A stretch of 58,984 bases of DNA, counting the filler, from Sphacelaria rigidula (Eukaryota): NCBI GenBank assembly GCA_964200075.2. It is 3 parts of 3 records of this genome, joined end to end, with 100 filler letters (N's around TTAATTAATTAA, not from the genome) between each part and the next. Parts side by side here need not be neighbours in the genome. Positions count along the whole stretch, not along the records: positions 19,710 to 39,299 come from CAXNAA020000641.1; 2 more parts are not named here. One strand, given 5' to 3'. The position numbers were made by a program, and so were the translations under genes. Positions 22,800-33,400 of the stretch are shown piece by piece; position 1 is the stretch's first letter; each line of letters starts with the position of its first letter. The notes beneath the pieces are model-generated. The model made no database searches. It was not told the DNA's origin and saw nothing but the letters and a program-made list of their open reading frames with translations.

Positions 22800-25700
22800 A
22801 TTCCGGGTGGTTGTCGATGCGTCTAAACAAACATCCCCCGGAAGACGTCCCGGTTGTTGAATACCTTGGGATAGCGGAAACCCGGAGACTCAGCATGGTC
22901 CCGATGGCAAACGGTATGGGTAGTCGCTGGCTTTCCAGCAGTGGAGGTGATGCGGGGGCTGGCGGGCCAGGAGGGATGCTGGGCGGTCAATTGGAGGGGC
23001 TACCTCCGCCGACGATGGTTGAGGACGAAGGTGCGTCCTCCGCAACGCGGTGGTATCAGCTCAAAACGAGCAAGGCGTGTCCTGGTGTACGCTTTTGTTG
23101 CTCAGTGGGACGAGTTTTTGTTGAACAGAACTGACGTAACCATCACATTTTGGGGTAAGCTGGTGCACCACCAACCCAACCAGGGCGGAACGTTCCGCGT
23201 TTGATTCTCGACACCCACGGTAATTTTGAGCAGAATCCCGTTTTTCATTCTTCAAAGCGTAAGGGCGCAACATAAGCGAGGAGTTCGGCGAGAGTGGATA
23301 GGGTGCGGGAGTGCTGGTGCAATCCTAGATAAGAAGATGCGAGGCAGGTACGGGGGGATGAATGGGTTGATCCCTCGAGAGTACCGTTCCCCCCCGAGGA
23401 CGGGAAGGGGACCAAGAGCGTGACGCGCATGCTTCTTTTTTTTTGTCCCACTTCGAACCCCTCCCCCTTCTCGGGACGAGTCCGTGTTCTGAAGGGATGA
23501 GCCCATTTCTCCCCGGCACACGCCTTGCACTTTGTTCTCGCGGATTGAGTCATGACTACCGGCACTCCCGCACCGCGTCAACTTTCGTCGAGCAAACGGA
23601 GTCCACTTCCTTTTGCGAGCTCACGTAATCACGCTTTCGACCTTGGAAATCAGATACTTTGAAGGGAAAAACCCGACGCACCGGGAATCGAACTCATGTT
23701 GTCTCCACCCTAATGGTGGCTGTTGAACCGTTACACCACCGGGGGGCGCGACAGACGCATGTGTGTGCGTATATTTCTGTTCTATTGGCCCTTGGGTACT
23801 TGCTATTTGTGACCACGGCAGGTGGTGTCGAGAATCAAATTGTAGCGATTAACCCATCAATGATTCACTTTTTGGGAGTGTACGGTCTTCCACTACTTGG
23901 CTCTGCCTGCCTGCCTGCCTGCCGCTCTTGTTCTGAATGCTTGTATGTGCACTGCACGGCGACGTCGAGAGTAGAGGAGAAAGAGGACAAACATCTCAAG
24001 TCCGAGCTTTCCAAGATCAAGAGGGAGCCTCTGGGGGATGACGATGCCTGTGTCGTGTGCTTGATGGGTGAGTGATAAAGGGGGGTTCTCGCCAACTCGC
24101 CACTCCGAATCCACGGGTGAAAATAATCGTTTTTGTCGAACCCTAGCGCTAGCGCTAACCTCAACCCCAACGCAAGGCATACCGAGGACCCTCAGGCAAC
24201 GGGGAATACATGGAGTGTTCTAGGTAGAGAGTGCATTAGCAAAACTCAAATCGACGCCGAAGTCCCCGATTTGAGCCAGAATGCATGCTGAGCACGGTGT
24301 GCACGTCCTCGGGACTTGAGTTCAACGAAGATTCGAACATGATGGCCCATAATACAACCAAGTGTTTCCAACCAGAGATTTTTGCCGCGCCGAGTGGGAG
24401 AGAATTAACTCTGCGGGAGCGATGTGTGGGTTTCGGCCGTGGGTTCGAAAACAATTATTGAAGAGCCAGGAGTGGATAAGAAAAGCTCACCGTCCTGGCC
24501 ACCACACGTGGTCGATCACCCCTCACCTTTCTTCGAATATCGACAGTTATTTAGCCGGGGAACGAGCTCACAGTGTCGGCCGAGCTACACTAGTGTCGAC
24601 TATTCGAGCGCCCCAGACGAGACACCTGTGTTTGCCCATGATTTCTCAAGTGAGCGTGTGGCTGATTCGATAGATGGGACACGCGACCGAACGCTTCAGG
24701 GACTGACGGCAGTGTTGTCGTGGTCGCCGCTGCGAGTCATACCCCTGAACGACAAGAGAGGGCGCAAGCGTTTTTGTACGTCCACTGACCATTTTCGTCC
24801 GCGATTTTGGTGGGTATCAATGGTTGACTCGGGTGTGTTATTTGAGCTGGAAGCTTTTGAGTGGGAAAATATGGTGTCTACCTCCCAAGGATTGTTTGCC
24901 GCATAGCACGAATTGCGATGTGATTGGCCAAGTCGCCATGTCGGTGTATGTGCGGCGACGACAAGTGTACCGATTTCGCCCAGAAGAAGCGTAAGAGTAA
25001 CTCATAAACCATTTGTCATTTTCTGGTGTCCGATAACATGTATCATAATTCTGCTTCCACCTCTCAAACTGTTGACCTTCTTCAGACTGTCAATTGTACC
25101 TTTTTTTATCGATTTCGAAGACGTAATCTTCCGTATGTCGCCCCCCCTCCCCCCTTCCCTTCTTGTTGTTGGACGCTAAGGTCCACGAACGGCAACCATC
25201 GTGCACGGAGAGATTGGGCACATCGCGTGCTGTCTGGAGTGCGCGCGAATACTGAAGGTACATGATTTATGAGGCAGAGGTACTGGTTTAATCGAAGTAC
25301 GATAAAACACGTTCAGTGCTAGCTAAACAGAGACCGAGAACAAGGGACGCGGGGGAGTGGTATCCCTTGTAGATACGACACATTTTTTTCAATCCCGTTC
25401 ACCGTAGGCTGCCTTTCTGATGCTTTGACCGCCACCATGCGTCATTAGTCCAATCGGCATCACTGTCACGTGGAGATTTACTTCGTGACCCAGATGATGT
25501 ACCCTGGCGGTCGAAGTGTTGACGAAAGGAACATGAGGATTCGATTGTGACGATGAGAAGGAGAGTGGCAAACAGCCCACGCGTGCCAATCGTTTCACGT
25601 TCCTTTAGCATTGTCATCAGATTGGTCAATTTCGATGAGAATGGAGGACAATTTTCGATGAGGATGCGAAAGAAAGCGCGGAACGGTCGCCACACTCGGG

Positions 25701-25940
25701 CTGTTCGTCGCAGTCACTGTCACTGTTACAATCTCGCTCTCATTTTTTTTTTCTTCATTTGTCTCGATACGACGGGACCTTACCCGACGATGTAAAAGAA
25801 GAGCCTTCGCACATGACTCCTGCGTCCCTCTCTTTTTTTTTTTTGCATGTTTCGTTCATCATGACCAACAGGCGCGGGGAGATCCTTGCCCGGTATGCCG
25901 TGTGGCTATCGACAGCGTTGTGCAGCACTTCTGGGCATGA
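22800..25940 (+). CDS. RING-finger E3 ubiquitin ligase with a C-terminal MDM2/MDM4-type C2H2C4 RING, 5'-partial
   Basis: Exons 22800-23084 (boundaries less certain), 23975-24067, 25181-25257, 25872-25940 (TGA), phase-compatible. Spliced C-terminus is CVVCLMGPRTATIVHGEIGHIACCLECARILKARGDPCPVCRVAIDSVVQHFWA*. Confidence 0.9.
23235..23752 (-). mobile_element. tRNA-derived SINE (family B) in an intron of the RING gene
   Basis: Minus-strand head CCCGGTGGTGTAACGGTTCAACAGCCACCATTAGGGTGGAGACAACATGAGTTCGATTCCCGG (A box TGGTGTAACGG, B box GAGTTCGATTCC). Body homologous to 8730-9010. 3' limit approximate. Confidence 0.6.
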
Positions 25941-28900
25941 TGGAGTCACGGAAACGACCTCGAAAAAACGGTCACGTTTTCTCAAAGTAGTCGCAAGACA
26001 ACATTTGAAACTCAGGTTTGGGCAACGAATTCTTCGCGGTCACTTTTCCGCTCTGCGCGGAATGAAACAAGCAGAAGCATCAAGGTTAAATCCAGGTGCT
26101 TTCCTCACGTGTAATACCAGACGGTGGGGGGAGGGCAGGGGGAAGTCCCTGCTGTGCAATATCAAAGGGAGCTGAGAGAAACACGATCCGCCCGACGTCT
26201 TGAAGACGAGAGCCAATCGTTGCCCTGTGGACCACGGACCTCCAACACAGGGAGTAAGTACCCTTTATGGTTTGCGTGATTGGCGCAGGATTGCATGTTA
26301 TAGAGTAGGAGCACGGTAGCCCATGGTTGGAATTCGATCCGTGTGTTGGGGAAATTGCGGTATATTCAGGGACCAACATCTAACTAACCTCAGGGTGACT
26401 GGACGATGGCAATAGCTAGTGAAGGCGCGGGGGGGGGACGGGGGCGAGGTGCTAGGCTATCGTGTCGCGTGCTTGTAGTCGCGTGCTTCTGGAGTAAACT
26501 GTGGAAGAAGACTTGGTTTCAAAGCAGAGAAAGGCCGTGGTTTTCGTAGCGCTCATCACGCGATTCTCTCATGCACGTGCAAGACATGTGGGATGAGATA
26601 GATTCACTAGTATGTGGGTATGGTGACACGAAAACGGAGATGTATGACAAGCAGCAGGGATGATACGCCACGCATAATTCGTGGAAGTGCGAAGCATGTG
26701 GGAGTTGCCACTTATTGTTCGTGCCTCGTCGGTTTTTTTTTGCCGGGTGATGTTGTGGAAAGGGGGTTCGAATGCTGTTTTCATCATCGGCTTTTTTTCT
26801 CCTTGAACCGCATGTTTGCCTTCAGTGACGCTGCCAAGAAGCTGGTTGATCCCAGGTTTAGTCACCTACCCGTATTACTTATGATAAGCCGGGTGTTTTT
26901 TATTTTATTCTAGAGATTTCCGGTCTCGTGCTCCACGCCCCATGGGAAGAAAAACGGTTGGCGTTGTGGGAGGGGGTAAGGCAGCGAATACAGTGATTAC
27001 TACTAATAGATGCTGTAATTGGCCTTTTTGGGGTGGGCGCTATGAGCGGAAACAGTGTGTAGTGACGCATGTTACCTGCAGCTGGATATGGCTGTGTTGC
27101 AAAAGGGTCACGATGATGAAATACTGTAGATTGTCAGAAGGGAATGGACATTATGAGGCATGTACCCGGAAATATGCTCTTTTTTTTTAGTTCGATACAC
27201 CAGGTACTGTATACCCTAGGACGCTCAATATCGCCCCCATTCACGCTTGAACATGGTTGTGAACCCCCTTATATCCAATGGTTGACTTACATTTTGCCTG
27301 TTACATGGGTTCCGCCCAGGATAAACGTAGCTCGAGATTCGAGCGCACATCTTCTCCCGAAGGACATGCTGTACAGTGCCGCAGCAGCTCTCCGTGCCCG
27401 TGTACCCCGCCTTGCTACGGCTTCCCTGCCATTTTTCTTCTCCATATCGACACGTTACATTTATGGCGCCCACTCGCGAGGTTGTTCGCGCCAGTTCGTC
27501 GAGAATCCATGATCGGCACATCCGTGGCTCTTGCCGAACCCGGACGCTATCCTCAGCACAAACCCACGTCCGCGTCATGAGTAGACCCGCGGGTGAGGGG
27601 GTGCAGAGGGTGGGTGTCCTTTACAAATGGTGTGTTGGCAGAGCTTAAATGGGCGCCGATTTGAGCACGCACGTGTGTTGCGCGCGATGGAGACTGTCAA
27701 GTCCATTTGAAAGAAATCCTGTGTACACTAAAGTCGGGTAGGTTTCAACCGTGAGTTTTTGTCGAACCTATGACTGCGATCGCACCGCCCGAAGGCAGGC
27801 AAATACTGCATGAACGTCCGTGCCCGGCATGGATGCGTTGGGTAAGCTTTCCGGCAAAAACACACGACTGCTGCTCACATCGTGAACCGTCACATGAGCT
27901 TTCGGCATCCGCATCATCATTTTATGAGAGCAAGCGAGGACCGAATAATCAACACGGGAAATTGCGCGACAGAGAGCCGACATTTATCTTCGTGAAAGGC
28001 GAACGCTGTTTCAAGCCGCGGGTATATTCACTGCGATCTTGTGGACGTCATTAAATCTCACACCGCCGTGTCAGGTCGACGGGGTATGCACAAAGATCGT
28101 GGGGAAATAAAACACACTCTGACCTTCAACCCCGCCTCCACGGAGGGCTCTGGAAGCGTCTTTCGATTCACCCCGAAATCGAGGCAAATGACAAGAAGAG
28201 CACCCTTTTTGCATCCTCTTTGGTGGAGGGTTTTCGTAACAAATGCTGTCTTTGTACAACCAAAACGCACGCACCCTTCACTAGTTACCTCTTGATAATA
28301 AACGCCCCCCCCCTCAGATATTTGCTACATTGAGGGGTCTACGAGGCGGGCGATGCTTGCTTTCAGCCTGCGGCACGTGTTCACTCCCATAGAAAGTGCC
28401 TTTGAAGAAGAAAGACAGACTACAGAATACACAAAAAACTCCAACAAAGCGTTAAAAGCGCCATAGATGGGTGGTATACGACTTCGCATAGCCCCGAGCA
28501 CCGTTGAAGGTAGAGGGCAACCGAGGTGTATGGGGGCGAGGGGATTTACCGGAGTGCGAACATAAACATTTTGAGATGGGTAGGGGAAATGAAACCAGCG
28601 CGGGCGCGAGGGAGGGCTCCTGAAACCGTCTCAACGAGTAGAGCAAGCCACTCCAAGGTTTCAAAAGCCGCCTCTCGGATGCACTAGGACTTGAAGGTAA
28701 ACAAATTTGACAAGATTTTTTTTCTCTTTCGACAAAAAGTTAAATTATTAATAAGTTTTTTTTCGCTCTCTTTTAAAAGGCCGCGTCTTATCGAGACGGG
28801 AAAAACAGGCGGAAAAAGGAACAAGCTCGAGCAGTATGTTGACTGATCCCCGGGCGGGTCAACGGTTGTGGCTACCGATAAACATGCTGCTGCTGTTGGG

Positions 28901-30460
28901 TGCTTGTTCCTCTTCCCGCTTCTCGCTTTTTTTTTTTTCCCGTGCCGACAAGACATCATTTAATTGATAAATGAGGTGAAAATAGACCTGCAACCTAAAG
29001 ATCCGCTCCCACACTAGGCCGGCCCAACTCGTATCTCGAACGAAGAGCGCGAGGATTTTTCTTATGGCCCGAAATTGGTCGCTCGACTGTGGGGTTGTCC
29101 ATTATTCCATCCGGTTATGCCAATGCACTGCTTCGTACACTCTATCGATTTTTGTGTGTGGATGCCCATACCGTGAAGATCCCAACCTCCCCGTGGTCTA
29201 GGAGTTAGCGAAAGGGTCGTTGATTGATTGGACTGCACGTGGACTTGTTTTGTGATGCACGTCGTATGTGAGGGCACCTGCACCTGCCCGCACCTGTGTG
29301 GGAATCAATGTCGGTGCCGCGAAGCTCTTTGCGTTCATGGTCGACATGTCCTTGTGGACGCCATGTGTGAAGTGAACACCCTAAACAGAAATGTTGAAAT
29401 GTTAAAATATCGCCAATTCTTCTTTGACAATGGATAGGGCTACACGCAGACAAGCTGCAGACGGCAAATGCAGATCTTTCGCGGACTCTATCGTGTTGTT
29501 GACTTTCGAGCTTGCCCGTTCATGAGAAACGCGCGAGTCCTCGTTGTCTAGCCGTCTTGAAATATGCGATATACGGAAGCTCTCTTTACTATGCTGCGCA
29601 TGGATAACCTTGGATTCGTCACAATCGTCATGTCCTACCCCTCTAATACCCAACCCCGAAAACACTCGCAAATGACTTCGCGTTTTCCTTGGGGTCGACG
29701 TCACGAGCAAGAGAAAACACCGAAGAAGGCGGGAAACAAGCCTTCCTCAGGAAAACTCCGCTGCACACAGATATCCGTTACGATGGTGGGCAAAAGTGGA
29801 ACGACAGCGGCCAGTACTATTAATAGGTAGCACGTAGCACCAGCGGTTGCGAAGGGAGAAGTGCGCACATCCACCACATGCTCATACCCGCACGATTCAC
29901 TGGGAAGAGGCTCGATGAAGCCTTGAGACGGGAGGGGGGAAGGTGATACGCCACGCCTGACAGCTTAAACGGTCTCCTCTGGAAGATAATGAACATAAAT
30001 ATTTTCCCGTCTAAATATGATAAAAAATACTTTCGCCTCTATATAATTGAGAAGAATAACATAAATCGCATTCCGTAATTTTATCTGTGATTTTTCTGAG
30101 TCTTGTTGAACAAAACTCGTGGTTTGATAATAATAGCACCTGGAGTAATCATGAGCTCGATTTTGGCGCGAGATACAACTATAAGTATAATGTTAATAAT
30201 TGTTTTCATACCTGACGATCGTCAATTCCAGCGACCAACACAACAGACAGCACCCCGCCTCTTTCAGCTAACTTTGCTCTCTTCCAGCTAACTTTGCTGC
30301 GCACCACCTCCGGCAGACATATACCACACCAAACTTATTAAGCAACGGTTGTTGGTATTGAAAAAGCGCGCGCGAGCGTTGAGGGTTTTGTCAGGCTGGT
30401 GCCGAAGGACTACTGCAGTCCTCGTCGTCGAGGCGTAGGCAGGCAGCAGCCGCATAGGAG

Positions 30461-33400
30461 ATGCTGTCTCCCGTGCGAAACAGTGCAACGCCCCGTGCGG
30501 ACGGTGGTAGCAGTACCCCGGAAAGATCAAAGGTTGGGCCGAGGATGGCGACATTCGAGGAGAAAAGGGTGGTAGTGGGGGACTCTTATTGGGTGGAGGA
30601 CGCGCAGGGCGGCAACAACGTGTACACGTTGGTGGAGGCCGTCGAGCAGGAGGACTACATGGTTGCTGTCATGGATGCCGGAAATTCTTCGCTGAGGCGA
30701 AATGTTGACTTGGTGAGTAGAGTACAGACAGTACAAAAGTACCGTGCAGTTCGTAGACGTACGCCAGTAATCAAAATGTACATTCATGCACGTACTGCTG
30801 CCCACCACGGTGCATGCCTGTTGAAGTACCTAGAGACAGCCTCCAATGTCTCTCTACCCTGTTTGTGCGCGCGTGTGTACTACTCGGTGGCCACCGGCCG
30901 CCTTGTGACTCGGCGAACAGCCCGCGCGACGTATATTCTTGGTCTAATTCCAGCCTTTTTATAAGGGATTCCCGTTTTGTCCTCTCACGATGCACGAGAC
31001 CTATTCCGCCCGTGCATCACTTTCTGTAAGCATGTCTGAGGCATGCGCAAGGCATAGACCCACGACCAACGCCCCCGAGCTAACGGAAACCGCACGTTTT
31101 GAAAAAGTGAGGACCACGATCGTAATCTCCGTCACCCCGCGTTCCCCCAGTTGTGTTTGTTGCAGACCGGGGGCCAGGGGGAGGGGAGCCTGTTTCCTCC
31201 GCCCATGCTACTTTTCGTGTACCCTGTGTTTAGATGCAGTCATATTTTTCCTTTAAATAAGTTGAGCCTCCTGCATCGTCTCAAACGCTTCTGACACACA
31301 CTCAAACCTATATATTATTGAGAACCTCGCCCTGATGTCGGTGAACTCTGGACGTATGGAGACCCACATCCGTACAGTTACAAAGCAAAACACCAACGCC
31401 TAGCTCGATTCAGTTCTGTTTTCAGGTCTCGATAGGGCAGAATAGACAAGGCCATCTAGATATATAGCGTTTGATCCCTTCGTCTCTAGTGAGGGCTGGC
31501 GGGAGAGTGAATTCCCACGAACAAATAGGCTGCTGGGGTAGCTGCAGAACATATTCAACAACGTTTGGGTCCATCGCACGTTCACCGCATACGCGCCAAC
31601 TAGCGTATGATGCGCCCGCAGCAGTCGCAAGCACCGTTTGTTGTGCACGCGCCCCTCGCAGCACGGCCGAGGGTTGAGCAAGCCCCGCCGTCACCCTCCT
31701 CTGACGATGGTAGCAGTTTAAGAGACCACTCTGGCCACTCGAGTAGCACTACTGGAGTGGTTTCTATGGTGAAGTCACGGCAAGCGGCCTTGGTCGCTGA
31801 GCTGCGGAAAACGATGGGCATGGCACCAGCAGGAACAACTAAAAACGGTGTTGCTACTGCCGAGAGGAGGGCTAGAGCCAATGATGAGGGTGGAATACAT
31901 GCAGCAGATGATGAGACATCGAAGCAACAAGAAACTTTGAAAACAGCCACTGCGCCTGCAAGGATTAGAGTAGAAGCTGCGCTCGAGTTTGACGAGCCAT
32001 TTGAAAGGTCTCCTGTGATGAACAGCATCGCTTCAACCACGTCAGTGACGGGCAATGAAGATGCGGATGCATTGCGGAAACTGCTGGGTAATAAGAGGCG
32101 AGCAGCACGGACTTCTGGTGGTACAAATGAGTTCTCCTCGGTCAGTGTGTTATACTACTGTTGCATAGTATGTGTCGTGGTTTTTCTATTCCGCGTGTAA
32201 GACTTTCGGCGACACACGAAAGTTGGGTTTGGAAGTGGTCATTTTCGGATTCTGTTCCCCCCAGGGTGGACACATGCACAGATCCACAAGAGCGTCTTGC
32301 GTGTGCTCTGTAGCTTGCGGGGCTTCCGTACACCACAGCGCTAAAGAGACTTGAGGCGTTGTTTGAGTGCACGCGGTCTGCGAGGCGGTCTTGTCTTTGC
32401 TGCGTTTCACTAACCCACCACACCCGCCTCACCCCAGCAGTAGTATCGGAACATCATGTTCCGGAATATGGCTCATTCTGTCTTGGGTATGATCACTTGT
32501 TTGTATTGCACTACAAACTATAACTGATTGTTGATATGTTTATATTTTCTGTGTGGGCTTTTCGGTTCGCTTTGGCCCATGTTCTTTTCCTCTCGTGTAT
32601 GCGACGGCTGTTGTACTGTACTGTACGGGAACAGTATGTAGTGCACATTAGTAAGTGCTGCCTCTGCCTTTGGAGGCAACGATTACAGTATGTGCGATCA
32701 GTGTGGCCTAGCGTGGCCTAGTCTACTGGATGGCACCAATCGGCTAGCAGTAATGAAGTGGTCGTGGCTATAATACTGTCTCGTCCTTCCTCCGTTGTCT
32801 CTTCCGGTTATTGATTTTTTCTCGGACGTCCATTTCTTTCAACTAACACGAGTGATTCAGTCGTAAATCCTTGTTCATTGTCAGGGCCTCTCTTTCCATG
32901 TGTTTCGTGATTTCGTGGGATCGTTCGCGACAACAGTCTTGATGTTTCGTTCGTTTCTGTTGAAACAACTCCCATTGTGTCTATTAATAGTTTGAAGTGC
33001 CTGACTGAGCTTTTTCTCGTGTTTATACTGGTGTACCCGCTGGTATCGAATTGTGATACCTGTACATTTGGGCGAGGGAACGCGGAATACTTTGATACGG
33101 CACGGCAGAGCTCGAAATAGCAGGCGGTGGTCGATAAAATGGCGACATGATCCCGTCTTTTTGTTGAGACTTTTCCCCCCCGTCGTGTTCTTCCTTTTCT
33201 CATACCGACTTGCTCCGCCCTGTCCGAGCTACACTTTCTAGTCAATCTGCCTCGGTAGCATTTAAGCATTCTGGCAAACCGTTCAAAATGCACGGAGTGC
33301 AGCAATTGATGGATGGCATCGTGTCCTGAGCTGTGAATCGTTGCTCCTCACTGCTGAGCGACTTCCGCATGATGCATCACCCCCATCCCCCCCCTATTCA

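Noticed and set aside
23676..23752. tRNA genes (also ~1162-1235, 10785-10852, 41870-41930, 42095-42155)
   Set aside because: A/B-box-like motifs are present, but I could not form complete cloverleaves and several continue into shared repeat bodies; better explained as SINE heads.
24140..24170. Telomere-like CCCTAR repeats (also ~35448-35475)
   Set aside because: Only a few degenerate, interstitial units; not a telomere.
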